From: Klebsormidium nitens
Lineage: Eukaryota; Plantae; Klebsormidiophyceae
Reading direction: 5' to 3'
NCBI GenBank assembly: GCA_000708835.1
Contig: DF236953.1
Span: 45,971 to 109,970, forward strand
Length of the DNA: 64,000 bases
The notes under the pieces are model-generated. The model saw only the letters and a list, made by a program, of their open reading frames with translations, made no database searches and was not told where the DNA came from. This document shows positions 47,820-60,513 of the stretch, in pieces; the first letter of the stretch is position 1; every line of letters begins with the position of its first letter. Position numbers and translations under genes: made by a program.

Positions 47820-50800
47820 TCACCGAAGCTCAATCATACACTTTCCGTAATCCTCCTCGCCTGCCGGCGAACTCAACTCCTCTAGCAAAGGATAACCAGA
47901 CGGCCTACGCAATAAATGATCAAGATCGCTTGCATCTACCTCGTTGAGAAACCCTCTGACTGCAGGCTTTAGCTCTTTCCGATGCTGCCAGACACGAGGG
48001 ACTTCACGAAATTGCAGCTTGACGAGCTTTGCCATCCTGAGAACGTACTTCCGCTCGAGCTTGTACTTGTAGTCGCTGTTTCCGGACCCCGACTCGTGCT
48101 GCTTCCCCTTCCCTCGCCGCGGACGGCCCACCTCGATTGCTTTCCCCAGCTTGAGGCCCATGTGTTCCAGCACCCCGTTTATCACCCCCTTAAATTGAAC
48201 CGGATCAAGATCAGCCTTTCCCTGTCTGGGTGCCAGCAGCTGAATCTGGAACATCTCGGAAACGGCACGCTCCGACATCGCGGTTTTCCCGCCGACCTGC
48301 TTAGGGCGGCCTTTGAACAGCTCCGATTTCAGGAGCCTGTTTTTGAGTCCGCCTGCAAGTAGCGAGCGAGTTTCACCGCCCGCATCGAACGCATGCGCCA
48401 GACCCATGTCCTTGAGCAGCCCCCGCGCCGTCTCCACCATTTTGATCTCGTGACCCTGGCGAGCCACCGCCCCTTCGTCGAGCAACTGGCCCTCAAGTAG
48501 CACCTTCAGCAGAAAGTTGAGCTTCTTTGAGAACGGGGGCTTGTAGTCGGCCTTTGTTTCCTTGAAGAAGTGCTCGTCGAGGTCCTTCAGCCCGTAATAC
48601 TGGCAGGCCTCGTACCTCGTCACCTCGAGATTCTGCGCCCCCCTGTCCCTCTTCACATCTCGCAACCGCTGCAACTCCTTAAACTCTGCCGCATCGATCG
48701 CCCTCGCCCCGATGATCTGAAACTTCTCCGTATCCAGCCCTTTTCGCCTCTTACTCCTTCTCGCAAGCTCCTCGGGTTGCTCAATCTCCACCACGTGGCC
48801 AGCTCGCGCGACTTGCAGCTGGAACTCGTGGAGAAGGCGCGCATCCGAGTTCCGCCGCTCCGCCTCCGTGTGCGCGAAGGTTTGGAAGAGGGGCCCGTCC
48901 TCGATCAGCCGAACAACTTTGCCGGGGTCCTCGGTCCTTGACGCGACTCGCCTCCATGCAGCCGTCACTTCGCTGTTGCAGGCTTGCAGAAACTGCAGCG
49001 TCTCCGCCGTGGTCACGCGCCGTGGGGGGGCAAAGAATCCCTGCAAATAGGAACATCAAATTGTGTGGTTCTTCATGCACAGCTCTGCCACAGTCAGATG
49101 TTATCTCCAAACAGGTTTGGAGATTGCCCAATATCTCCCGAAATGGCCCTCACAAACCTGCCCCCCAAACTGGCCCTCAAGAAAGCTAGCTTTTGAACCG
49201 GCCCCAAACTGGACCCCACGAAACAAGCCCACTAAACGGAGTCCCACGAAATTGGCCCAAAAGGCGCCCCCACGAAACTGGCCCTCAAATGGCCCTCACA
49301 AAACTGTCGCGCAGTGGATGAACACTTGCTCATTGTACGCTTTGCAAAGCCATGTAAAGCTAGACAGTCGGACATAATCTAAGGCAGGCACGTCGATCTT
49401 CACTTCCCACCTTGAGTTGCTCAAATTGTTGGCCACAGGAGACCTCCACGCCCGACTGAGAATCGGACGCCCGGTTGAGAGGGGAATCGACCGCCACTTG
49501 CTGGTCCAAGCGGTCGCCAATAGCATCCTGTGGGTGAAAAGGAGAACAATCGTGTCAATTCCTGGTATTGGAGCACGTGTCTCAGGCTCGCTATCAAGCA
49601 GCGTTGTCAGCACCTCCGCAATGAAGCACTTTTGAAGGGCCGTCAAGCAGCATTTGGAGCACATTCTTCCAGGATTTAAGCTGCACCACCGGAGGTTGCA
49701 TGGCTCGACTCGAGCAAGATGGGAAGCAATGCGTATAGTGGGAGGGACGAAGCGCACAGATGAGATAGAAGAAATACCTGCAAAGCAGGGTCGTTGTCAG
49801 CGTCCGGAGCCTGCGGTGCCATAGCCGTAGTTCCCTGCACAAACAAGCAAGTTGAATCCCTTATAGCACAACGAAAAGAGATGCAGGTTTCAGCACGAGA
49901 TAGATCCAAGTGACTTCCGCAGCTTGAGCACAATGCGCGGTTAATTGCTCAACGTCAAGCGAGTAACCTGGAAGAGCTGCCGCATGCGATCTGCTCACCT
50001 GCTGTTCCAGATTGCAGAGTTGCATGGCCGGGATCTCTTGGGCACAGTCGAGCATCACGGAGATGGACGACTGGACGAAGCAGTGAACCAGCGAGCTCTC
50101 CGTTCGCCGGACCCGCAGCGACGCTTGCCAGGCTGCCCGAGCCGTGGTGCTCTTCTTGCACATGAAGAGGAACTTGGTGTGGAACCAGTCCTCGTCAAAG
50201 TTCACGCCCGCCTCCACGGAGGGACTGTACATGAGCAGGCGGACCTTCCAATGTTCAGCAACATTCTTCAGAAGAGCCGTGGTGTCGCCCCCACTCAAGG
50301 CCCTGTGGATGAGGATGTCCGTGTCTGCGAGCCCGAGCGAGTCCTGCGATGTGACCAGGTCCCGGATGCGGTCCAGAACCCGCGCGAACATGCTGACGAC
50401 GACCACGTTCTTGCCGGCTGCGAGATCAGCGACAATCCGGTCCAGCCACTTCTTCTCGTCCTGACAGACGCGAAACGTCAGGGGCACCTGCGCATAACAC
50501 GATACAAAAGATCAGCGCATCATTGGCAGAATATGCGATAGAGAGCATTGTGTACCAAGTAACGGTCAAGCTCTTCGAACCTGCTGCTCATTGGTACTGC
50601 ACTCTCAAACAGAACACCGTCAGTAAAGCTGACGGTATGGCCGGGCCCTGTGGCGGGTCAAGAGCTGCATGGAGATTCAAGCAGTCAAAGCAGCACGTGC
50701 TGAGGGACTCTTGGCTTTTAAGGCGTGGCAAAAGTCTGTGTGCCTTAAGAGCTATTTAGCACGCCGATTGTCCGGAATCCTATTCGCAAATCCAGTTCTA

Positions 50801-53779
50801 ATTTCTTCGTTAAATCCGAGCACTGCCAAAGCAAAGACATGCTGAGAATGGGCACTTCCAAGCGCCCAGAGTCCGAATGGCCAGAACTTCAGCAAGCAGA
50901 GAGATGCGCTGCGTCAAAACCGCCATCCAGATGGAATTAATTTAGTGCCTACCGCTGCCCTTCTCGTGTTGATGATGAGCTTGCCAGGCACGTTCGCGAG
51001 TCGAAAGAAGTCGTGCTCCCGCTGCCCGTACCCATCGTCCATGGCCAACACGCGCTTCGCCCGCTGCACAATCTCCAGGAACAGCTCACTAGTTTCCATG
51101 CCGCTTCTCAAGGTCGCCCCCGAGAGGTGCGCGAGGATGCTTGCCACCTCGTCCAGGATCACGAGGCCGAACGGGCCCACCTCACCGATGCCGCCCGGCC
51201 GAAGGTTCAGAAGACTGTCAACCTGAACCACGATCTCAGGGAACTCCTCACGGGACTGGAGCGCCGTCAAGAGTCCGTGCGTATTATTCGGATCCGGGAA
51301 CCACCTGGTCTCGTAATCCGCCTTCAAGTCGAGGTAGTTCGCAGTGCGGGGAAAGCGGTGTTTGAGGTCCTCGGCCTGCGCCACACGGTATGTGATCATG
51401 CAAGTCCTCATTGGGCGGCCGCTCGCTTCCCGAACCAGCTCACAAAGCTCGTCCGAGATCGCCCCGCAACACACCGTCTTGCCGGTGTTCACACCCGACC
51501 GGATGCCAAGAAGGGGAAACTTGCCCGCGATCCACCTGCGCAATGTACACACGAGAGTCGCTGTGCTGGCAGAGCCTGGTACGCCGACAAGTCCAAAATG
51601 GTTGCTGCTGAGGGGCAGATAAGCATTTCGCAAGGAATCTTGAAGTATGAGTGAGGAAGGCTGCTTGATCTCAAGCAAGACGGAGGACGCATGTGCCTGT
51701 CGGAGTTGATCGAGGTCGCACGCACGTGCTTCAAGGCAATCCGCATGATTAACGCCAGTCTGCAGGCCGGCAACAATCGATTCATGACTAGATCATTCCT
51801 CATGCAAAGAACTTGGAGTCCTATGCTTTGTAATTATGTCGCTCACTTGTTGATGACTGTGTTCAGCTTCATTGGGTTGTCCGCCACCCTCGAACCCCCC
51901 GCGACTTCAGCCACGAGCTCAGGAGTCGATGCATGCGGAACCCGCCTGAGATACTCCATGTCTACCTTGACTGCGCCAGCCTCGTACGAGATGTTGTCGT
52001 CGAACAGGTCCCCGAGGCAGAACGCCTTGCTGACACAGGGAAAGTCCGAGTCCCCGCCCTCGGTATTATTGCTGAAACACAGAGCATAGATCTTGCCATT
52101 TGGGTTGAGGTGGCAAGTCAGATTCTGACGGTTCTGGTGAATCCGGCCCGTGTAGCACGGCTCTGTGCGATTACTGTAGTTATAGCGATCGGGGCCCTCC
52201 TCGTAGGCGCTGGGATGCAAGCGCTCTCTGAGAAGCGCCAGCATGCGCGTTTTGACGAACTCCTCGTTCTTCGAACTGCGCTCAGTGCCCCTTTCAGACA
52301 TCACTCGAGGGTTTTTGAACCTCTCGTGGAGGTTGCTGGGCACTTCGAACGGCAGCTTGAGCTCTTCGCGGGCCTGCAGCACAGGATGGGCAGCCGTTTG
52401 CGTGCGCATTCATGCCAAGTCGTCTACGTCGCCTTGTCAAAATGAGAGGCCAAGGTGGTTAGTGTTTGGCGATCACTTGAACTGGAAAAATTTGCGCTGC
52501 CTTTCAACCAAGGATTGTGTGAGAGCAACAGATTGGAACAAAAGCCGAGCGCCTTCAAACGCAGCGATCCCATCAAGCTTCAACGCTGAAGAGGCGATCA
52601 GAAACGAGGAGTGTGCCACAAGCAGGGTCCTTCCTTCCGTAAAGATGAAGGCCGCATGTCAAGCAATCACTGCTCAGGCTCGCAGCAAAACTAGCAGGAT
52701 GTACCAAGAAACAACCTATTACTTCTTAAGAACTCTAATGGCCGTTTCCTGGTACACCGATCTTGCTGGGTATGGCCGGGCAGCACATCAAGCGCCAAAA
52801 CCGTTTCGTACCAGGAAGGATGTGTAACTCTTCAAAGATTGAAGCCGTTTTCTGGCACAGCCTTCATATGACCGACCAGGCAGGTGTGGGGGCCGGATGA
52901 GCTGCTCACCTCGAGGGGCTCCAGCCAGGTAACCAGAGCATCCTTCCAAGAATGGGCCGGATTGATGCACGTCAGGACGCTTTCCGGCTTCTCGATCTTG
53001 GCGCTTCCCGGGGTCCGCCACTCACGGTCCTTCGAGCACACGTTTAGGTCGATGGCGTCGGCGAGTGCAGGATGCCACTGCTGCAGCCTCTTCTTGAGGC
53101 GCCTCGCAAAGTGGAGAGCCCCCTCGGTGTTAGAGGCGAAGACGAGCTGGCGGGGGGCCAGCTGGTTGATTGTGAGGTGGAGGCTGAACTTGGTCTGACC
53201 GGGGCTCTCGATCCAGACGAAGCTGCTCTGCTGCAACTCACAGTCGTATTGCTCCTTGAACACGATACTGGCCCACTTCTCCATGAGCCCAATCACCTCC
53301 TCCCGATCGTACCTCTCCCCAGCCTCCACAACCTCCCCATCCGCCCCGATCACCGGCTGACGCCTAAATGGAAGCCCCTCCTTCCAGTCGAGGTCGAGGT
53401 AGGGCTTGCAGGGCTTTCCGTTCTGGATGATTTCGGTCACCGACCCATGCCGCCCCTCCAGATGCGACTGCGCTGTCTCCCAGTCCGGGTATGAGGCAAA
53501 GCTGCGCCAGGGGACCCTGACCCCTTCCCGAAGCATGCCAGACCACTTGTGCAAGACCACCTGCGCCTCGTAGTTTAGGAGCGCCGCCTCCTGCTGCATG
53601 AAGACTTTTGGGCCAGGAAGGCGGCCCCTGGGGTTGGCCCCGGTCTGATGGAAGCAGTTGGTGTCGTGCTCCCGCACACGCAACACCCGGAACTCGTCCT
53701 TCTTGAAGACCTCGTTGCCAGTCAGCGGATCAGAGAGAATTGCCGGCTCGGGCGCCGCCACAAGGTCCTCGTGCGCCAT
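47820..53779 (-). CDS. Multi-exon AEP (PrimPol/herpes-NCLDV-type) primase + Zn finger + UL9-like SF2 origin-binding helicase. Exons ~53779-52910, ~52373-51847, ~51640-50948, ~50486-49990, possibly ~49520-49410, ~49043-47820
   Basis: AEP motifs EIIQNGKPCKPYLDLD, KFSLHL, IDLNVCSKDREWRTPGSAK; UL52-like CxxGRIHxN...CFS...C; helicase GVNTGKT, VILDEVASILAHL, VLAMD, AGKNVVVVS, YSPSVEAGVNFD..WFH, QASLRVRR. GT-AG introns separate the blocks. Joining all blocks into one gene is inferred. Confidence 0.82.
49143..49305. repeat. Degenerate ~16-bp minisatellite (aaactggccc(c/t)cac) in a helicase intron
   Basis: About 8 recognisable variants of aaactggccc/ccccacgaaa. Confidence 0.6.
52700..52875 (-). repeat. 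Two isolated copies of the quasi-palindromic repeat inside the AEP intron
   Basis: 52704-52790 is a near-exact reverse complement of 62101-62180; a degenerate second unit follows at ~52806-52870. Confidence 0.85.
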
Positions 53780-54982
53780 TGGAGGCCTGCATGAGCGATG
53801 TAGGAGCAGGCAGATACCGCAGCGCAAGAGAGGCTGGCACACCTGCATAGCCTTCGATCGTGCTCGTGAACGAGTAAAAGGACACTACCTAATGCAAGTA
53901 CCTTCTGTGGAGATATGCCTACGTTGGTGGACGGGTTTAATGAGCTGTGGCGCACCAAAAAGCATCGCTGACCATGTCTCTCCCGCTTTACAGAAAAATA
54001 TTGAGGAAGCAGATTCTTAAGCACTGCAACACTCGACGGGGCGGCCGACCTCACACCAAAGCATGAGGATACGGATTCGCAAAGAGAGACCGACAAGCCT
54101 GGGTCGTCCGTTCACGTCTCGCTGACTCGGTGTACATTAAGTGTACCCAGTGCACCCAATGTACACTTTGCACCGTCCGAGCGATCCTGTCAACAGGACA
54201 TAGCGGCCCCAAGTTCCGACCATCACCCGCACAATGAGCACAGCAGGCTGCCCGAGAAAAGTGGCGGTGGGCTGCAACCCCCACTGAACTTTGTAAAGAT
54301 CATCACGATCTTCGAAAGGGACAGCCACTTACACAGAGGTCGGTGGCGCTTCCCGCCTCCTCTGCATCTCTCTTCGCATGGGCTCCAGCGCATCGTCCAC
54401 GGTTTGCTCCTCGAGCCGAGCTGTCGCTTCCTCCATCTCCCGCTGCCTGTACAGATCCAGTGATTCAGCGTCCGGCAGTGACGAGTCGTCGATGCCCCGG
54501 TCATCCTCAGATGTGGGCTCTTCGTTGGATTCGGTCTCGTCTGATGTCTCTTCAATGTCGAAGGAGGCAGCCTCTCGACCGGACGTCGCTGCTACCTCTT
54601 GCAAAACCATAAGAAACTGATCAATAGAATCTCGCCGTGCTTGCCGCTCATTGGCCGTCAGAAGAAGCTGGCAGTGGGGATCTTCTTGCAAAGAACGGTT
54701 AGCCCGGCAATGAAGACAGAGCCTATGCCTCTTTGCGCAGCCCCGTGCCCCTCTTGATACCTTTCAGCAATCGCACACAGAACAGGACACAGATTGCTTA
54801 CTGCTTCGTCCGGGCTTCCGATCCGGATCCTGGTACCGCTTGGCGCTGGGGAGCTCTCTCTGCTTGAGGCGGCCCTCTTCCTGCCTGCGACCTCCTGCAT
54901 TTGAGCATTGGGACACGTTGCATTCAGAGCAGGCATCACACAGACTTAGGGGAACGCCTCAGCGCTCAAAGGCATCACAACC

Positions 54983-55471
54983 ATGTGCTTTGACACCAAG
55001 TTCACGGGCCGCTTTGCTCTTTCTCGCCCCCTGACCATCAAAGAGAGCGCAATTTTGAAGGCCGTACACGACTACCGCCCTCAGAATAACCTGGAACTAC
55101 CCTCTGCGGCTTCCGAGCAAGAGCGCCCGGTCACAATCGAGCGGGTGGGATCCAAGCACAAATACGGCGGAGAGAAATTTCACTTTTTTGGTATATTCCC
55201 CTCCTTCGATTGCCAATGGACCGTCTCCAAGGACAAGCGCGCTCTTGTTTGGGACGAGAGAGGTGACTTCAGGGACTATGTGAGCTGGTTAGAGTACCTC
55301 ATCTCCCATTTCTTTGCGGCATGGGGAGTACAGCTGAACGGGACCGTCACATTGGAGGGGAATCTCTTAGGCGACACGGGATCGATTACGATCGATGGCG
55401 ACCTGATTGTCGTCGATCTGAAGGAACCAATCAAGGTACTTTGCATAGAGAGATTGTTCGACGCACCGTAG
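54983..55471 (+). CDS. Phage/bacterial-like hypothetical protein, copy 1 (162 aa)
   Basis: Intronless; pattern F.G.F.L.RPLT...CQW...LVWD...F.DYVSWLEYLI.HF...G..LNG.V...G...D.G.I, recognised from memory as an uncharacterised phage-type family. Confidence 0.7.
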   Translation: MCFDTKFTGRFALSRPLTIKESAILKAVHDYRPQNNLELPSAASEQERPVTIERVGSKHKYGGEKFHFFGIFPSFDCQWTVSKDKRALVWDERGDFRDYVSWLEYLISHFFAAWGVQLNGTVTLEGNLLGDTGSITIDGDLIVVDLKEPIKVLCIERLFDAP

Positions 55472-55665
55472 GTGGTGGCTCTACAGCGGCGGAGAGAGGC
55501 TTGCTGGCAGGATGCGGAGGGCTCGAGGAGGGGCCCGAGTTCTGCAAGACAGCAAGAGGGTGAGGAGTTTAGGGACAAGGGGCGCAGAGACGAGACAACC
55601 TCGACCAAAGGAAGTGTATTCCACATACTTAGGGCAAAGCTTTGGCGCTCAAAGGGCATCTGATT

Positions 55666-56131
55666 ATGGGCTACGACACCAAGTTCACCGGCCGCTTTAC
55701 CCTATCGCGCCCTTTGACTGCCGACGAGAGCGCGATCTTGGCAGCAGTGCACGACCACCGCCACCAGGCGGATCTCGAGCTACCTTATGCAGTTCTCGAG
55801 GAGCGCCCGGTCAAGATTGAGCGGGAGATATTCAAGCCCTGCTACATTGGCGAGTGGTTCAACGATTACAAGAAGTACCCCTCCTACCATTGCCAGTGGA
55901 CGGTATCACCCAACAAGCGCGCTCTCGTCTGGGACAAAATCGAGAAGTTTTACAACTACGTGAGCTGGCTCGAATACCTCAATCTCTCACTTTTTCGCCG
56001 TATGGGGAGTGCAGCTGAGCGGGACCGTCAATTGGAAGGGCGCTAACCGGGGCGACAAGGGTTCGATCACTGTCGAAGGCAATAGGATCCTCGTCAAGAT
56101 GCCTCTGGCTGCACGAATGGGCTCACCGTAG
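55666..56131 (+). pseudogene. Tandem copy 2 of the phage-like gene, with a +1 frameshift near 55980
   Basis: MGYDTKFTGRFTLSRPLT...CQWTVS...EKFYNYVSWLEYL. An extra A (TACCTCAATCTCT vs TACCTCATCTCC in copy 1) shifts the frame; the shifted frame continues ISHFFAVWGVQLSGTV...GDKGSITVEG to TAG at 56131. Confidence 0.75.
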
Positions 56132-56340
56132 GTGCCGGCTCTGCAGCAGCGGAGCGAGGTTGGCTGGCAGGATGCGTGTCGCTGGAGGAGGGGCCCGTCT
56201 CCTGCACGACAGGGAGAAGGCAGGGGGCTTAGGGGCAGATGATACGTAGAGACGGCAACTTCAAACACTGGAATGGTACTTCCAATTGGGGTGCAATCAG
56301 GACCGCGGAGCAAATCAAGAGTGTCTTTGCTCTCGGCGCC

Positions 56341-56667
56341 ATGAACGATCTAGAGACTGTGAGGGCAGCAGCGACCTTTCAGGATGCAGCCGCATGTGCA
56401 ATAACACGCCTCTGCAGGAGGGGCACATGCAACGACCCGAGGGATCTATCCTGGCCGTGGCTGTTTCGATGGTTCATGCAAGCGGGGGGGTTCGACGCCT
56501 GGTCGAGCGACGATGTTATCGGATTCTTCAACGAGTTTCTGGACAGTGAAGTGGGCAGATTTGAGGAGTTCAAAGGCGAGCTTTCCAAGCGCATCTGCCG
56601 CGCAGCAGTTGAGGAATGTAGGACACTTACCTCCCCGGCGGCGCTTGGCTCACTGGGCGGCTCTTGA
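56341..56667 (+). CDS. Hypothetical protein (~108 aa)
   Basis: ATG-initiated ORF downstream of the tandem pair; no motif recognised. Confidence 0.35.
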   Translation: MNDLETVRAAATFQDAAACAITRLCRRGTCNDPRDLSWPWLFRWFMQAGGFDAWSSDDVIGFFNEFLDSEVGRFEEFKGELSKRICRAAVEECRTLTSPAALGSLGGS

Positions 56668-57112
56668 CCCTGCGGTTGACCCGCTTGTATTGAGTAGAGT
56701 GCCATCGCCTCTGCCACCCAGTTTGGATTTGGTCGCTGAATGAGAGAGGCGCACGCAAGAGTTAGAACCAACCAATCGAATCCTTCAATATGCAAGCGCT
56801 CACCGTGCATGGGCGCATATGGATGAGCGTGCTCGATGACAACGTCTCGCACACGTCGGACAGCGGCGGAGACTCACGCTTGCTCGCCACGCATCAAATG
56901 CATCGGTGCTGATTGGCTTCGGCCTGACGCTCTCCTGGACCTCCTGCATGACATGGATTGGACATTTACTCATCATCATTGATCACTTGGTCGCTCTGCC
57001 AATGCTACAGATCACGGTGTGAAAGGTCACGAAAACTTTGGGGGGTGCGGAAATGGAGGCAGGAGGCAGGAGGCAGGAACAATTCTGAAAGATTCTGCCT
57101 GACAAACTGCTC

Positions 57113-57524
57113 ACCTCCGCAGTCGTAATCGGAATCGGGGGCTGTCCGGACGAGCTGCTCGGGGCGTCGGGATCCTGTGTTGGCCCCGGGTTGCTTTCCA
57201 CGCCCCCGATTTTCAGTTGTGTCGCTGCAACGCACCGAAGGGATCCCTCAATCAATCGTCCTCAGAATGGCAAGCCCTTCAAGCTAGACTCGTGCATTCA
57301 CTGTGGTATCCACAAAGCCGACGGAAGCCTATTCTTGCCAACAAATGCCAGAGATCTGCCATCGTACCTATCAGCGCCCTGCTCTTTGGTGCTGAGGAGT
57401 AAAAGATCTTCTCCGACCCGCACTCGTAGGTCGGAGATCCTGCACGAGCAGAATGTTGGGGGGTAAGCCTGAAGGGCCGGGCGAGTTGAGAGTCCTGCCA
57501 CAATTCCAGCGGTCCTGCAGACAT
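57113..57524 (-). CDS. Putative spliced ORF start carrying a 2A-like motif (IGGVESNPG/P)
   Basis: ATG 57524; a phase-1 GT-AG intron at 57367-57225 joins ...SRALI-A-TQLKIGGVESNPGP-TQDPDAP...; donor GAG|GTGAG near 57113. Downstream exons are unresolved. Confidence 0.4.
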
Positions 57525-58078
57525 TCGAAATCTTACAAAGTAAACACTTGGCGCTTGCGGTGCGGCAAAGGCTCGCACCATATTCGGGGGCCCGGCCATA
57601 CCCTGCAGGATGTACCAAAAAACGCCCGTTAGATTCTTAAGAAAGTAATACAGCGTTTTCTGGTACACTCGGAATGTGCGCTGGATGGTCGGATCATGCG
57701 CTTGAAGGGCAAGGCCGGCCATACCCTGCAGGATGTACCAGAAAAGGCCCATTAGATTTTTAAGAAAGTAATACAGCGTTTCCTGGTACATTGGATTGTG
57801 CGCAGGATGGCTGGAATCACGCTTGATGGGCCAGCCCGGCCATGCCCTGCAGGATGTACCAGAAAAGGCCCATTAGATTCTTAAGAAGTAATACTTCGTT
57901 TCCTGGTACACGCTGATTGTGCGCTGGATGGTCGGATCATGCGCTTGAAGGGCGAGGCCGGCCATACGCTGCAGGATGTACCAGAAAACGCCCTTTAGAT
58001 TCTTTAAGAAGTAATACAGCATTTCTTGGTACACGGTCCGGCACCCCGCAAAGCCTCACACCGTTACAGGATGTTTGA

Positions 58079-58464
58079 NNNNNNNNNNNNNNNNNNNNNN
58101 NNNNNNNNNNNNNNNNNNNNNNNNNNNNNNNNNNNNNNNNNNNNNNNNNNNNNNNNNNNNNNNNNNNNNNNNNNNNNNNNNNNNNNNNNNNNNNNNNNNN
58201 NNNNNNNNNNNNNNNNNNNNNNNNNNNNNNNNNNNNNNNNNNNNNNNNNNNNNNNNNNNNNNNNNNNNNNNNNNNNNNNNNNNNNNNNNNNNNNNNNNNN
58301 NNNNNNNNNNNNNNNNNNNNNNNNNNNNNNNNNNNNNNNNNNNNNNNNNNNNNNNNNNNNNNNNNNNNNNNNNNNNNNNNNNNNNNNNNNNNNNNNNNNN
58401 NNNNNNNNNNNNNNNNNNNNNNNNNNNNNNNNNNNNNNNNNNNNNNNNNNNNNNNNNNNNNNNN
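58079..58464. other. Assembly gap (N) inside the repeat array
   Basis: N run. Confidence 1.
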
Positions 58465-60513
58465 GAAAGTAATACAGCCTTTCTTGGTACACGCTGATTG
58501 TGCGCTGGATGGCCGGATCATGCGCTTCATGGGCAAGGCCGCCATACCCTGCAGGATGTACCAAGAAAAGCCCCTTAGATTCTTGAAGAAGTAATACAGC
58601 CTTTCTTGGTACACACCCCCGCACTCTGCAAAGCTCCGCACCGTTTTTGAGGGGCCTCGGCCATACCTGCCAAGATGTACCAGAATCTGAGCGGACTTTT
58701 GATGTTCGAGAGGAAGTCGCCGAAAACTATCACGAGAGGACACGCATGGGATCGTTGGAAGGAGAAGGAGTCGTCGCTCACCTTGGAATGCGCTCCTCAC
58801 CAGCACGCTCTTTGTGGCGGTGGGCTGAACCCCAAACCTGTCGCTCCTGCTTGACAGCGCGCACAGTCCCTCTGCGCGGTGGACGGGAGGCTGCCTGGGT
58901 TGCGCCTCGTCACTGGCGGCGTGCTGATGGCGGGCTGCGCCAAGACCGCAGTCCGACTCAGAGTCGCCACTGGTCGCACTGGGGCTGGTTTTGGAGGGGC
59001 TGTCGGGTGCGTCGCGACCAGCAGACGCGGGCTCTGAAAAAGGTTGCGCTCAATGGGTCAGAAAAACGTCGCGCTGGGGTTTCAATGTCACAATTAATTG
59101 CCAAATAACCTGCAGAAGTCCTCGGATTCGTGCGACAGGTCAAGGGCATGCACTCTCAACCGGCCATACCCAGCAAGGTGTACCAAGAAACACCCATTTA
59201 GATTCTAAAGAATAGGGTTTTTTCTTGGTACACGTTCCTGATGAGAAGCAGAACTGACGCACCACAGAACGCTTTCCTTTGTATACAGCTTTTGGGGCGC
59301 CGCTTGGAACCCCTCCCTATATTGCACGACTCGGAACAGTTACCTTCGATTCTGGAGCTAATGACTGTGCCCAGCTGGCTCGGGACACTGCCGGCAGCCT
59401 GGCCATACACTTAAGGATGTACTAGGAAAGGGCAATTAGATTCTTAATTAAGAAACACGCCACTTCCCGATACATGCTGACGGCGCGCTGATCCAGCCAC
59501 ACCCCAAGGATGCACCAGGAAAGAGCCTCAGTTAAATCTTCAGAGAGGAATACGCCATCTCGTGGTACATACTGACAGCGCACCCCAATTCATGCCAGCG
59601 AGTAACAAAGGTTGGGTCGGGCCATGCTTTGCGCCGTCAGTGAATCAAGGCCTGAGCAACACAGTGCAGCGCAAGGGACTGCTGGACGCTCACCTTGCGA
59701 TCTGCTGAGCGCCGTACGACGGCTGCTCGTGGCAGGAAGCCGCCCCGGCTGGATTCCGTATGACGGCGCGCAAAGGCCCTCCCGTGCGGGGCGTTGCAAG
59801 CACTGCGCCTCGTCACCGATCGAGCTGGCGGCGGCGCGCTCGCACTCTAAGGGGTCGAGATTGGGGCGAGTCGCGGCAGCGGCGGAAGGCTCGTCGCAAT
59901 GGCGCGCGTTGTGGACGCCGGCGCCTGGTGATCCTGCGCGGTGGATAAGCACGGCGGCTCGTGAGTTTCACAATTCGCCCCAAAGATCAAGAGCATGCAA
60001 GCTGTCCGGCCATGCCCGGCAAAGACGCCACTTTGTGGTACATGCTCATGGTGCTGCGGGCCCGGCCATACCCCCCAGAATGTACCCGGGCGCTGCCTAT
60101 TCTTCTCTGAAGAAAGATTGAGATGATTCTTGGTACACTTTCGTGAAAGCTGCAGGCCCAGCCATACCCCCCCCAGGATGTACCAGGATTTGCCCATTAG
60201 ATTCTTAAAGAAGTAACACAGCGTTTCTTGGTACGCCTCAGAACGTGCGCTACGGTGGGCTGCAGGTCCGGCCATACCCTGCAGGATGTACCAGAAAAGG
60301 CCCATTAGATTCCTAAGAAAGTAAAACAGCGTTTCTTGGTACACTCGGAATGTGCACGGGACGGGGCGGACTGTGTGCTTCAAGCGCGCTTGATGGGCCA
60401 CCCAACCATACCGTGCAGGATGTACCAGAAAAGCCCATTCGATTCTAAGAAAGTAATACAGCGTTTCTATACCCGGCTTCACACTCTGCAAAGCCTCACA
60501 CTGTTTGGGTGGG

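Noticed and set aside
54137-54939. Acidic ORF 54329-54691 with flanking in-frame segments as a gene
   Set aside because: No recognisable motif, an in-frame stop at 54329 and no consistent splice model; possibly a decayed cargo gene, but not supportable.
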